Part shown: piece by piece, positions 1-12,885 of the stretch
Numbering within the stretch: position 1 is the first letter of the stretch
Layout: every line of letters starts with the position of its first letter
NCBI RefSeq assembly: GCF_040938485.1
Contig: NW_027271037.1
Coordinates: 868,001-932,000 of the forward strand
DNA length: 64,000 nucleotides
DNA from: Diadema antillarum
Lineage: Eukaryota
Direction: 5' to 3'
Position numbers and translations under genes: made by a program
Notes under the pieces: model-generated
Databases searched by the model: none
What the model was told of the DNA's origin: nothing
Seen by the model: the letters and a program-made list of their open reading frames with translations, nothing else

Positions 1-2200
1 ACCATTTTTAAAGCTTGAGAAAAAGCGAACAATTCGTTCAAAAGTTATCCATTTTCAACAGAAAATAATGGTTGACATAAAGATAAATGTGCTGATCAAG
101 AATATTGTTTTGACTCAATAGGGGAAAGATGTCACGAACACGAAAAGGCAGAGGATTGAGGGAACGTCACTATTTGTTACTCTGCTAACAAAACGAAAAA
201 GAGCATATGCACTCACACACACACGCACACACGCACAAACAAACACACACACACACACAAACAAACATAAGCAAACAAGAAATAGAATCGCCTCTTCCTG
301 GAAAGAGGTCGACACAACGTAGGTCAGTTACAAAGGAATGGACGAATGAATATTTTGAAGAAAATCATTGGAATCTTGTGAATTACACTTTTATCATAAT
401 TCCCTTCCCCAGGCCAAATACAACCTCGTCTGCACTTGTCAGATTGTGTGATTATGTGGGGAGTATTTAAGTGACCAGATAATCGTTAAGACGTGTTTAT
501 TGCTTGTGATTCTTTGATATATCGTTACACTCTCGAAGTATAATTTGTTTCATGTTTACTTGCATTTGTTAAAGTTTCTGTATTGTCCTGACATTCCTTC
601 ATTTCATTTTTTATCCTGTAAATACTTAGGATAAATTTTGCTACAAATCCACATTGACTTGTACATTGTACTTTCTTTGTGACATATTTCTCAACGGTTA
701 AAAAGTGATGACGCATTAGAAGATACTGCCCATGGAATGCATATTATTTTTCATTTGTTTTGAACTCAACTGAAAACCAACCATTATATTGACATCCAGC
801 TTTCGTAATTTCTCTTGTTTGGCGAAGTTGTGTAGTTCATTATGGGCACGTCGTTGATCTCAGAGAAACATGTCCGCAATACAGACAATTTTTTCCTTGA
901 AGCCCTTTCTCCTGGCTTTGAAAATGGCGTACCCTTCAGCTCATTATCTGCTACTGATTTCAAACTATGCTATTAAACTTTGCAAAGATACATCCGCCTA
1001 TTCAACAGGGAGTTTTCGCAAGCACGACGCGGCCGGGATTTGAGCATACCATGTGCAAATTTGCATCTGCGCATGATCAAATCAGAGAAACGTCCCGTGG
1101 GGAACACTGGTGCGCGAGATTCAGCCAAAATAGCGTTCGGTCCCGACGCTGGGCATGAGTGAGCCAGTCAGCCAGCCAGCCAATCAGCGATCTTGTCCCC
1201 ACGCCTCGTCCTGTACAGGAAAGCGAAACTGCTATGGTGACGGGAGTCCGAGTACGGGTACTTTCACAGTTGATTGCTTCCGCGTACCCTCGGTCTGTCC
1301 TTCGTGTAGCGAAAACTTGATCAACGCCTTTCAAATCAGCAACAACACGTAATCTTCCATCAATACCTTTTGTCTCGATACGGAACAATACGCCATGGCA
1401 AGCGATTGGGTACATAAGTGTCAATGTATTGAAAGCACCAAGATTACCACTCACGCAACCTCTTGGTAGACCTCGTCATTACATCATTACAGTGACGAGA
1501 GGGAGAGAAAAAAAAATCGATTTTGGTAGAACTGAATATATCACATCTCGTCATTTAGATCCATGGTGGTGGAAATTAGCGTAACAATTAAGGTGATAAA
1601 ATGCTACTTTAAATCTGTTTTCAATATAAAACAGCAGAGAAGTGGTTCACGCATGATGGCGTGAACAAAACGGCTTAGGAACAGCATGTCACACTGCACG
1701 GCTTCTAATACAATCTTTTCATACTAATTTTAATAGCTGTACGTCGTGTCAATCATGACTTCGTGAAAATGAATTATGGCTATTACAAATGAAGACAGTA
1801 TGTAATCATACGGTGCTTCAGCAATTCAGGAGAAGTAACAATTAAGATGAAAGATTGTAATACCTTTATATGTAATACATAATACCACTCGAAGGCCTAC
1901 TTCAATTTGTACCATCATTTACAAGTGCTACCTCTACATGCATGTTTTAGTACTTATCGTCTTTCAGTGTACAGAACAAGGCAGATTTTTCTTTTGTTTT
2001 CAATTACAGGCAGGATTTTGTCTCTGTGTGTGTTCTCGTCAGTGTATGTTTGTTTGTTTGTTTGTTTGGACGAGGTTAGAGTGGACATCATTAGCTTATT
2101 CGACCCCTGTTGAGTCTCGCATAAACTATAGTTAGCTATTCTTTCTCAATTAAAATTCATGCGCATTGGTGGGAACTATAATTGTATGCATGTAATTCTT
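1..2200. repeat. Segmental duplication block X, copy 1 (paralog at ~7037-9020)
   Basis: Colinear similarity, e.g. agcttgagaaaaagcgaacaattc at ~12 and ~7038, and ctcgaaggcctacttcaatttgtacca at ~1888 and ~8698. The repeat continues left of the window. Confidence 0.9.
1007..1318. mobile_element. Short GC-rich MITE-like insertion, absent from the paralogous block
   Basis: Imperfect terminal inverted repeat (gagttttcgcaagcacga / tcgtgtagcgaaaactt). The paralog at ~8070-8100 runs from gcctattcaa to caaatcagcaac without it. Confidence 0.5.
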
Positions 2201-2339
2201 ACTTTCAAAGAAAATCAATGGAAAGGAACCGCGTAAAAGATATTCCTCATAGCTGCGATTCACCTTTCTCTGTGTCATTTACACCTACAAATTGCAATAC
2301 ATGTTCTCATCTCTTCTTCACGACTACTTTGTACTTTAA

Positions 2340-3331
2340 GTTTCCTGGTGTATCCTGTCGCTGCTACGCAGATGACACACATATGTATTTGTCGTTCACA
2401 CCTGACGCACATGCTCAGCAGCAAAGCGTCACTCACATGGAAATATGTGTCAATTATGTACGTGAATGGATGCTGCTAAACAAACTCACGCTAAATGACA
2501 GTAAGACTGAACTGTCATTGATTTGCACATCAAAGCAAATATCCAAACTTTCTTTTGATGGGATATGGGTTAGAAGTTCTGTCATAAAGTCATCTTCCAT
2601 TGTTAGGAATCTTGGAGTGTGTTTTGACACGCATCTGAACAGGGAAGCACACGTCACAAATGTGTGTAAATCATCATACCATATGATTTATAACCTTAGA
2701 CGTATCAGGAAATATTTTGATGAGAACAGTATGAAAATGATTGTCCAAGCATGTATTGTTAGTAAAATGGATTATTGTAATGGGTTATTATAATGGACTC
2801 CCTGATTCTCAAGTTGGGAGCCTGCAGCGAGTCCAAAACTCCTGTGCAAGGCTTATCTGTGACAAACCTAGGTTTTCAAGGATTACTCCTCTTCTGAAAG
2901 ATTTACACTGGATTCCGATTCGTAAACGAATATTGTTTAAAATCTTGTTGATTGTGTATAAGCCACTTATCGGTCAAGCCCCCAGTTACATATCCGAATT
3001 ATTAGTGTTTAAATCTCATCGACATACTCATGATTTGCGCAGTTCTAAGGACACTCTCCTTTTACAGATTCCAACATGTAAAACAAAAGTAACATTGGGA
3101 GACAGAGCATTTGCCTGTGCAGCTCCCAAACTCTGGAATGATCTACCATTAGAAGTCCGGAAATCCCCAACAGTAGCAGTCTTTAAATCACGACTCAAAA
3201 CACATCTTTTCATTTAACTGCTCTTTATTATCAAGCACATCAGAAGCTTTTGCAGCGCAGAAGAATATATGTCTATAGGTTTTGCGCTTTCTAAATTGAT
3301 ATAATTTTATTATTATTATCATCATTATTAT
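2340..3331 (+). mobile_element. 5'-truncated non-LTR retrotransposon (CR1/L2-group LINE) RT remnant with a frameshift
   Basis: YADDT RT motif, LNDSKTE and RNLGVCFD motifs in ORF 2182-2793. Continues after a +1 frameshift at ~2790 (ttattataatgga instead of ttattatatgga; DYCNGLL/YGLP) into LQRVQNSCARL...LHWIPIRKRI...GDRAFACAAPKLWNDLP...FKSRLKTHLF. Short 3' UTR and (ATT/ATC)n tail at ~3308-3331. Confidence 0.92.
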
Positions 3332-4028
3332 GCAACACATACTGCTTTGGCCTATACTGTTATAACAACTACTACCACTATCTATCACTACTTTTTTTTT
3401 TATTACTATCTTTTCCATACCGTAATTGCTATATATGAAACAACAAATAACAAACGTCTCGTGAATGAGTAAACAAAGTAAGACCGATTGATAAATTGAT
3501 ATATTATAGTTATATAGAAAGTAGAGACATAGCTAGACAGCTTGATATATATACATGATGACCACAGTTTTTAGAGATGAGATCGCTGAAAGGGATTAAT
3601 GTTGATCATCGAAGTGGATCTTAAGAGCCTTTGATACCAACAAAGTTATATGAGTATTCGTAATCAGAATTTAATGAATATACATTGAACTCAGATGCAG
3701 AATACAGTGCACACTTGTATACCACTTCTCACTCTCTCTCACTATTAAGACTCTGTTATCTTTTTTTATGTGATGTGCTGTTTGTTTTAGTATGTGCTGT
3801 TTTTTAGTTGCGTGTTGCATGTTTACATACTATGTACTATATGTATATACACATACATATGGAATCAATATATGTTTTTGCGTGGGGGTGCGTCTATATA
3901 TACATAACATGTGTGAGAGCGTTCTATGTGCATTCTATTTGCACTTGTTACATATAGGACTATTATTCTTTCTTGATCATATGATGGCTCTGAAAAGAGC
4001 CGTTTGGGTTCGATAGAGAAGGGCGAAT

Positions 4029-4733
4029 TCACGCCGTTGAAATCCTCCTCTTTCGACGGATTTTACGACATTTGCCGTTCACCGTGTCTCGCAAAATGCG
4101 GATTTCGTGAGGACCGTCATATCTGGGATATGACTTTGCCACTTGGCTGCTGATAGCCTTGAAACGCTGGTCATCGATGAGGGCAGAAAGCGGTGGGTCA
4201 ACAGTGCGATCACCGTTGAAGCTGAAACCGGCCAACTCATCGCCTTCGTAGACCAAGCTCATTGTCTTCAACAGAAGAGATTGACCGCACTTTACTCTTG
4301 CAAGCACATGCAGGAATCTCTTTCTGTTGACCACAATGCCGTGCTCATCATCACCGATCCTCACGCTCGTGTTGTTGCCCTGCAATTCTTCTACGACGTT
4401 TCTCTGCGCCGTTCGGGACTTTGCGATGACTACAGCGTGAAGTTCTTTGAGGAGTCGTTGCTGTGAGTCCACTTGTTGACGGAGTGCTTTGATTTCAGCA
4501 GCCAGGGAAGACACCGTCGCTCGATGACCATCTTCTTCGTCTTCAACTTGATATCGGCTTCGATCTTCTGTAAAACTGTCAGCCTCACTGGAAAGGTCTT
4601 CTTCTGCACAGAATCCAGAGTCATGCCGTTCCCGACCTTGAACGAGTCCCGACTGCTCGTCATCCGATGATGCTTCAGAATCGCTTAGATGCAGATGAAA
4701 ACTATCGCTGTCGCTTGAAGTATTGCTATCCAT
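4029..4733 (-). CDS. Putative BEN-domain protein, 234 aa (acidic N-terminus, coiled coil, C-terminal BEN-like domain)
   Basis: Uninterrupted GC-richer ORF. D/E/S-rich N-terminus; heptad segment LAAEIKALRQQVDSQQRLLKEL; C-terminal LLKTMSLVYEGDELAGFSFNG...LIDDQRFKAISSQV...VNGKCRKIRR fits the BEN pattern by eye. A polypyrimidine+AG acceptor (ttttcttctcctctgtag, AG at 4749-4748) lies 14 nt upstream of the ATG, with an in-frame TAA before the ATG. Confidence 0.7.
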   Translation of the reverse strand: MDSNTSSDSDSFHLHLSDSEASSDDEQSGLVQGRERHDSGFCAEEDLSSEADSFTEDRSRYQVEDEEDGHRATVSSLAAEIKALRQQVDSQQRLLKELHAVVIAKSRTAQRNVVEELQGNNTSVRIGDDEHGIVVNRKRFLHVLARVKCGQSLLLKTMSLVYEGDELAGFSFNGDRTVDPPLSALIDDQRFKAISSQVAKSYPRYDGPHEIRILRDTVNGKCRKIRRKRRISTA

Positions 4734-4754
4734 GATGATATGTTAAACTACAGA

Positions 4755-5815
4755 GGAGAAGAAAATTTTTCGGGTATTTATTGAGCTTTAATACTTCTAA
4801 ATAGAGGTTGTGAACTAATCTGCATGTTGCTGGAAATGCACCACGGAGCTGACCAATCACGCAGTGCTTCAGCCTCCGTTGCTATCACAACAAAGGTTTG
4901 TTTTGAGAAAGACAATGGCTAATGATCGATTCACGGTGCCCATCGCGGAAGTGTCCATCTGCTCCGGACATAACAATGGGATCGGAGATCTCACTATGGA
5001 CAGGTCAGGGTGTCTGAAATCTATTGTACCTGTACCACCTATTTTGCATATGCCGAATTCTATAGGCATTTGGTTGGCATTACATTCTATACCCCATTGC
5101 GCTCTTCCCGCGGTCCTTTGGTGGGTTTGGCTGCGGCCTTTTCAGTCATAATCTCGCAGCCCTTTTGATCATTTTGCAGCAGCCCTGTCCACTCTTTGAT
5201 CGAGCTTTCCCAATCGTTTGGCTCTAGCCTTCTCGATCACTATCTTTTGGCTGCAGTCTCTGGCTGCCCAAACTTCATACAGGACTTCGATGAAAACAGC
5301 TGCTAATATATTCGTTCTTCCTGGATTTAAAGAAAATACAGATTGAAATCATTTCCGCGACATTACACATGTAGTTTGGAAACCTGGGAGTTTATCACAT
5401 CGAAGCATGACGGTGAATAAAAAACTTAGACAGTGGGAAAGATTTCGAGAGATACTTATTATAAAAAGTCATAGAGCGATCATGGAGGAGAAAAAAATAA
5501 TCACGGAATCGTAGATCATACAAAACTATACACGGGGCTACAATGCATACCTAATGNNNNNNNNNNNNNNNNNNNNNNNNNNNNNNNNNNNNNNNNNNNN
5601 NNNNNNNNNNNNNNNNNNNNNNNNNNNNNNNNNNNNNNNNNNNNNNNNNNNNNNNNNNNNNNNNNNNNNNNNNNNNNNNNNNNNNNNNNNNNNNNNNNNN
5701 NTTGATGTCATTGAGATTGCAGTATGCATATCAATATCAATACATATGGACGTTCAACTAATTACTTTTTAATAGTATAAATGACAAACAAGTCAACTCT
5801 TACACAAACACACAC

Positions 5816-5847
<32 letters not shown>

Positions 5848-6107
5848 AACAAACAAACACACACATGCAACATATCCACAGACGAAAGATATTTTGGAAA
5901 GTTTGTATTCTTCTCCCATCATTCTTTCCGCGACCATTTTGGTGTTTGTGTTCTTCACATGCAATGCATGCGTGTTTATTCTGTCTTTTTTCTTTTTAAT
6001 ATATCAGAAAACGTCATATCTTCCGGCATTTCGTAGGACTGTAATTATCAAATATACCTGCGAAGAATTTGATCTTCGGGACTACCTAGAGTTTATACCT
6101 GTCATTC
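4755..6107. repeat. Segmental duplication block Y, copy 1 (paralogs ~11145-12305 and ~12314-12885)
   Basis: ctccggacataacaatgggatcggagatctcactatggacagg occurs at ~4962, ~11154 and ~12522, with colinear flanks. No consistent ORF across the copies. Confidence 0.9.
5557..5701. other. Assembly gap (N run); others at 9026-9208, 11748-11896 and 13130-13263
   Basis: Runs of n in the sequence. Confidence 1.
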
Positions 6108-7036
6108 GGAGGTTTAATTTCTATGTATCCTCTATATAATTGTTTATAGTAATTAATCCCATACTGATACATCAAACGAGATTTAAAAAAAAAATACGAG
6201 CAACAAAGGGAGTCAGTGGCGAAATACAAACGGATGCGTGTGATGATTTTACAAGTCCAGTGCTCTTGAACGAAATCGAGACGTGTTTTTGTTTTAATAC
6301 ATGAGGAGTACGTGATGTAGTACTACCCCCTCCCCGTAGGGTTATGTTCGTATAATACGGGATTGTTTTATAGGGGATAAAAAGGTTTAAAGACAGGAAG
6401 GGGGACGTAGGGAGAGACAGACAGAAATGCACAGACAGACAGAAAGAGAAATGTAGTATCTGTTTTATCGTAAATACAATGTGGATCAAAACGACATTTA
6501 CCGTTGAAATGGAGATGATTTCTTTAAAACTTTTTTTTTTCAAAGTCTAATGATAATTATCACAGATCGAGAAAGATATGAATGATCGCCGTATCAATGA
6601 ATTAAATTTTCTTAAAGGAGAAAGTTTTGTTCTGTCGAAAAAAAGAAACAAAAATGAATTTTGTATGCGTAATCGAAGAAAAAAAGTATGTTATTGTGCT
6701 ATTCTTTTCGTCTAAAAGCAATGAAAGAATTTCACGATCAAATATTGATTTGGAATGACAATTTCATGTTTAGATAATGTTTCATGCTTGTTATTTTACA
6801 TACCGTTATCATCATGTGTCATTCTTAACTCTCTTTGCTATAAAAGCGGATTGGAAAGACAGCTGCCCGTATAGAGGTGAACCACTACAAAAATAAATGA
6901 TAAAACAGGTAACGATAATGATACTGCAAGTGTAAAGTAGATATTAAAAACCTATAGCTACACCTCTACCGACAGCAACGTCATGCACTTTTCCCTGTGT
7001 GTCTAACGTGAATGTTGAAAAGCAGACCAGTTTATG

Positions 7037-7258
7037 GAGCTTGAGAAAAAGCGAACAATTCATTGAAAAGTTATCCATTTGTAATAGAAAATGATGGTTG
7101 TTAAAAATCAACATCCTGATGAAGACCATTGTTTTGACTATTAAAATTGGGGAAAGATGTCACGAACACGAAAATGCAGAGGACTGAGGAAACTTCACTT
7201 AAAAAATTGTTACTCAGCTAGCAAAACTACAAAGAACACACGCACTCACACACACACA

Positions 7259-7303
<45 letters not shown>

Positions 7304-8258
7304 GAAGTAGAATCGCCTCTTCCTGGAAAGAGGTCGATATAATGTCAGTTATTAAGGAATGAACGAATGAATACCTTGAAGAAAAAAGTTGGAATCTTGT
7401 GGAATACACTTCTATCATACACACCCTTCCCGATCCAGGGCAAATACAACCTCGTATGCCCTTGTCAGGTTTTGTGATAATTTGGGGTGTGTAAAACTGA
7501 CAAGATAATCGTTAAGACATGTTCAATGCTTGTGATTCTTTGATATATCATTACACTCTCGAAGTATAATTTGTTTCATGTTTACTTGCCTTCGATAAGG
7601 TTTCTGTATTGTCCTGACATTCCTTCATTTCATTTTGATTTTCTTTATCCTTTCTATCGCCGCAAATACTTTGGATAAATTTTGCTACAAATTCACATTT
7701 TCGTCTTGACTTCGCGGTATATTGTACTTTCTTTGTGACATAGTTCTCAAAGAATAAACAGTGATGACGCATATTTCACACATAAGAAGTTACTGCCCAA
7801 GTTATGCATATTATCTTTCATTTGTTTGGAATTCAGCTGAAAACCAAGCATAATTATATTGACACCCAGCTTTTGTAATTTTTCCTTTCTTGACGAAGTT
7901 GTGTAGTTCATTATGGGCACGTCGTTGATCCCAGAGAAACAGTCCCATATACAGGCATTTTTTTCCTTGAAGCCTTTCCTCCTATCTTTACGAAAGGCGT
8001 AGCCTCAGTTTATTATCTGCTACTGATTTCTAAGTATGCTATTAAACTTTGCAAAAGACGCGTGCAGCCTATTCAATAGCTGATTCATGCCTTGCAAATC
8101 AGCAACAGCACCTGATCATCCATCACTACCTTTTGTCTCGATACGGAACAGTACGGGATGGCAAGCAATTGGGTACAAACGTGTCAATGTATTGAAAGCA
8201 CCGAGATTACCACTCACCCAACTTTTTGGTAGAACTCGTCATTACATCATTACAGTGA

Positions 8259-8304
<46 letters not shown>

Positions 8305-9020
8305 AGGGGGGACTGAAATTGATTTTTGGTAGACCTGAATATATTACATGTTGTCATTTTAGATCCAAGGTGGTGGATAGCGTATTAAGTTGATAAAATG
8401 CTACTTTCAATCTGTTTTCAATAGAAACAGCAGAGAAGGCGTTCACGCGTGATGGCGTGAGCAAGTATTCAAAACGGCCTTTACAGCATGTCACACCGCA
8501 CGTCGACTAAACACATACAATCTTTTCCTACTATAGCTACATTGTGCAAATCATGACTTCGTGAAATGAATTAGGGCTATTACAAATGATGACGGTATGT
8601 AATTATACGGCGCTTCAGCACTTCAGGAGAAATAACAATTGAGCTGAAAGATTGTAATAGTTTTACATGCAATACATAATACAGTACAGATGTACCACTC
8701 GAAGGCCTACTTCAATTTGTACCATGATTAACAAGTGCTAACTGTACATGCATGTTTTATTATCGTTCGTCTTTCAATGTACAGAACAAGGCAGATTTTT
8801 CTTTTTTTTTCAATTACAGGCAGAATTTTGTCTGTGTGTGTGTTCTCGTCAGTGTATATGTCTGTTTGCTTGTTTGTTTGGACGAGGTTAGAGTGGATAG
8901 CATTAGCTTATTCGACCCCTGTTGAATCTCGCATAACTATAGTTAGCTTTTCTTTCTCAATTAAAATTCATGCGCAATGGTGCGAACTATAATTGTTTAC
9001 ATGTTCTTACTTTCAAACAT
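7037..9020. repeat. Segmental duplication block X, copy 2
   Basis: Colinear with 1-2200, with an expanded (CA)n at ~7245-7300 and (GA)n at ~8262-8297. Confidence 0.9.
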
Positions 9021-9315
9021 TCACCNNNNNNNNNNNNNNNNNNNNNNNNNNNNNNNNNNNNNNNNNNNNNNNNNNNNNNNNNNNNNNNNNNNNNNNNNNN
9101 NNNNNNNNNNNNNNNNNNNNNNNNNNNNNNNNNNNNNNNNNNNNNNNNNNNNNNNNNNNNNNNNNNNNNNNNNNNNNNNNNNNNNNNNNNNNNNNNNNNN
9201 NNNNNNNNATTGGAACAAGTTCACTCGGTTGACAGCAGGTTCATCCGTATAAGTATGTCTAAAGCTCTTCCTTTCAGGATATCGAGCACTCTTCATAGAA
9301 GGATAGAATCACCAA

Positions 9316-9359
<44 letters not shown>

Positions 9360-11144
9360 GCATGTGACATAGATAACTTTTAGCATACTCAATTGGAAAC
9401 GAACCAGTGGTCTTAATTACTGTATTCATTGAGAGATCACAACCATTCATTGCGTCATTCATTGACTTCACTGTATTATTACAGGTAATGTATTACCTCA
9501 ATAATTCTTTCAGTCGTTTGCAAAAACATGCTGTCTCAATGCATACAGGCAAGTACGAACAATGACACGAAAAGAAATAAAGTACTTCGGCTTATATGTC
9601 TCACTGTGAAGTGCGAAGGAATCGATGGACAGTGACAAACGGTTCTAATGTAAATATTATTAATATTCACATTTGTAAGACAAATTGAAACTTGCACTTT
9701 CAGTCGTCTGACAATCAGTCCGTGGATTACATGTGGCTTGTACTGATAATGCGATTATCAGTGGGAAACATGAATTAAGGTGTCATTCCTTTTAAACGTT
9801 TAATTCTTGCATTAAGCCTGAATGAGCACAGAAAAAGTAATAGAAAGGGTAAGAATTATAGGGTAAGATATTCTAATATAGCACATGCACCTGGTTATCG
9901 CATATAAATCTATGCTTGAATATGTGTGCATGTGTATGATCTCCATTTATGCATCGGTGCAGAGAGGTGACTCCTCCCTGATTTGTGCGAGTTCTCTGCA
10001 GTGTCTGTGCAATGCGTAGTTTGTTTGTTTGTTTGTTTGTGTGTGTTTTTTTTGGCATTCCACTGGAGCAACTTCTTGTATGGCATGGTGTATGCAAGTC
10101 TCATTACGCCATGTCATCGCCAATTTCAGAGTTACAGGCTGCTGTGCTACCACTTGGTACAGCCTGTCTTTTTCGTGGACTTTCAAATCCATGCCGTTGT
10201 TAAATACAAAGCTAAAATCTCACGAGACTGGACGACTTGCTTCTAATTATTTCCAAAAGCGTGCGTAGGACCCTCGTCGGCACTGCACCACTCATTCACT
10301 CATAGGGAGATATGGATGCGTACAGTTCTTTTTTTTTACCATCCCCGTACAATACAATACACATAATCATGAGAAATAAATCGAAGCGGAGAAATGCTCG
10401 CAATCACATGAAGACGAACTTATCCAAGCAAATTCAGCAAATACGCACACTGTGCAGCACTTGCATTTTTGCTTATTACAGCAAAATAGACAAAACTGGA
10501 CCAATGAGACTCATACATGTACATTGATTATTGATTATAGCCATTATAAAATCTACCATGAACACTTCTCAACTGTTGTTCTCCCCCCCCCCCCCCACCC
10601 ATGTTGTCTGCCGATGAAACCTATCAATTGATAGAGAGCAATTCGGCATTTGCTTATAAATGGACAAGGCTGTAGCTCGATATGGAAGTGGTATTGAATA
10701 CGTTGAGTCATGCGAAAAAGATAAACAAAATAGAGCAACCTTCGGCGCTCTGCTGTCAGAGTCTAGGAAGTCTTCATGGTATGATAAGGGTGGTTTTTCC
10801 CTGAACTGTTATGATACTATCAGACGATGGTCAGTTACCCTCAAGAATAGCCATCAAAATATCATTTTACCTGAGATCAACAAAGTTCGACCGTATGTCT
10901 CCCCCCAGAAAAAGAAATACAATCGAACCTTCCGCAATAATTGTGTAAAAGTAGTGAATCAATCCAAAACCAATTTTAAGGAACAAAACTATAACTATTA
11001 CCCCCATCTTTATACACGATACAGGAAATATCATCCAATTGGACTTTGTGGTAATGAAGAGAAAGGGGATCTTTGTATGAGAGCATGTCAGGAATACCTT
11101 CCTTCCAAGTTGTATGCAATGACTGTGTTCATAATTCCAAGATC

Positions 11145-12885
11145 AGCCATCTTCTCCGGACATAACAATGGGATCGGAGATCTCACTATGGACAGGTTGG
11201 GTGTCTGAAATCTATTGTACCTGTACCACCCACTTTGTATTATGCCGAATTCTATAGGCGTTTGGTTGGGATTACATTCTATACCCCATGGCGCTCTTCC
11301 CGTGGCCTTTTGGTGGGTTTGGCTGCGGCCTTCTCAGTCATAATCTCGCAGCCCTTTTGATCATTTTGCAGCAGCCCTTTCCACTCTTGGATCGAGCTTT
11401 CCCAATCGTTTGGCTCTAGCCTTCTCGATCACTATCTATTTGCTACAGTCTCTGACTGTCCAAAATTCATACAGAACTTCAATGAAAACAGCTGCTAATA
11501 TTCTTTCTTCCTGGATTTAAAGAAAACACTGATTGAAATCATTTCCGCGACATTACACCTGTCGTTTGGAAACTTGGGAGTTTATCACATCGAAGCATGA
11601 CGGGGAATAAAAAACTTAGACAGTGGGAAAGATTTCGAGAGATACTAATTATAAAAAGTCATAGAGCGATCATGGAGGAGAAAAAAAATAATCATGGAAT
11701 CTTAGATCATACAAAACTATACACAGGGCTACAATGCATACCTAATGNNNNNNNNNNNNNNNNNNNNNNNNNNNNNNNNNNNNNNNNNNNNNNNNNNNNN
11801 NNNNNNNNNNNNNNNNNNNNNNNNNNNNNNNNNNNNNNNNNNNNNNNNNNNNNNNNNNNNNNNNNNNNNNNNNNNNNNNNNNNNNNNNNNNNNNNNTCTC
11901 ATTGAGATTGCAGTATGCATATCAATATCAATGCATATGGACGTTCAACTAATTACTTTTTAATAATATAAATGACAAACAAGTCAGCTCTGACACAAAC
12001 AAACACACACACGCAACATATCCACAGACCTGTCCCTCAAGAAGAAAGATGTTTTGGAAAGTTTGTATTCTATTCCCGTCATTCTTTCCGCGACCATTTT
12101 GGTGTATGTGTTCTTCACATGCAATGCATGCGTGTTTGTTCTGTTGTTTTGTTTTGTTTTTTGTTTTTTTTTGTTTTTTTTTTGTTTTACATTTTAATAC
12201 ATCAGCGACGTAATATTTTCCGGCCTTTCGCAGGCCTGTGATTATCAAATATACCTGCAACAAATTTGATTTTCGGGACTATCTAGAGTTTATGCCTGTC
12301 ATTCGTCATTCCGAGGAGAAGAAACTTTTTTCGGGTATTTATTGAGCTTACTTCTATAATAAATAGTGGTTGTGAACTAATATGCATGTTGCTGGAAATG
12401 CACCACGGAGCTGACCAATCACGCAGTTTCAGCCTCCGTTGCTATCACAACAAAGGTTTGCTTTGGGAAAGATAATGGGTGATGATCGATTCACGGTGCC
12501 CATCGCGGAAATGTCCATCTTCTCCGGACATAACAATGGGATCGGAGATCTCACTATGGACAGGTCGGGGTGTCTGAAATCTATTCCCTGTACCACCAAC
12601 TTTGTATACGCCGAATTCTATAGGCGTTTGGTTGGCATTACATTCTCTTCCCCTTGGCGCTCTTCCCGTGGCCCTTTGGTGGGTTTGGCTGCGGCCTTTT
12701 CAGTCATAATCTCGCAGCCCTTTTGATCATTTTGCAGCAGCCCTTTGTACTCTTGGATCGAGCTTTCCCAATCGTTTGGCGGCAGACTTCTCTATCACTA
12801 TCTTTTGGCTGTAGTCTCTGACTGCCCAAAATATGTTCACATAGGACTTCGATGAAAACAGCTGCTAATATATTCTTTCTTCCTA
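11145..12885. repeat. Block Y copies 2 and 3 (copy 3 partial, directly abutting copy 2)
   Basis: 11145-12305 matches ~4955-6107. At ~12305-12314 the sequence jumps to a match of 4755-5325 (gaggagaagaaa..ttttttcgggtatttattgagctt). Confidence 0.9.

Noticed and set aside
525-716. Similar minus-strand ORFs in both X blocks (525-716, 7551-7772; ...ECQDNTETL..ASKHETNYTSRV*)
   Set aside because: Could be a terminal exon, but no start or splice structure or domain could be supported, and the similarity is explained by the duplication.
5140-5330. Exon-like minus-strand segment after a ccag acceptor in block Y
   Set aside because: The copies differ by frame-breaking indels and stops, so no frame is shared.
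10660-11208. 182-aa ORF
   Set aside because: No recognisable family. Its 3' end runs into duplicated block Y, so it looks like a chance fusion ORF.
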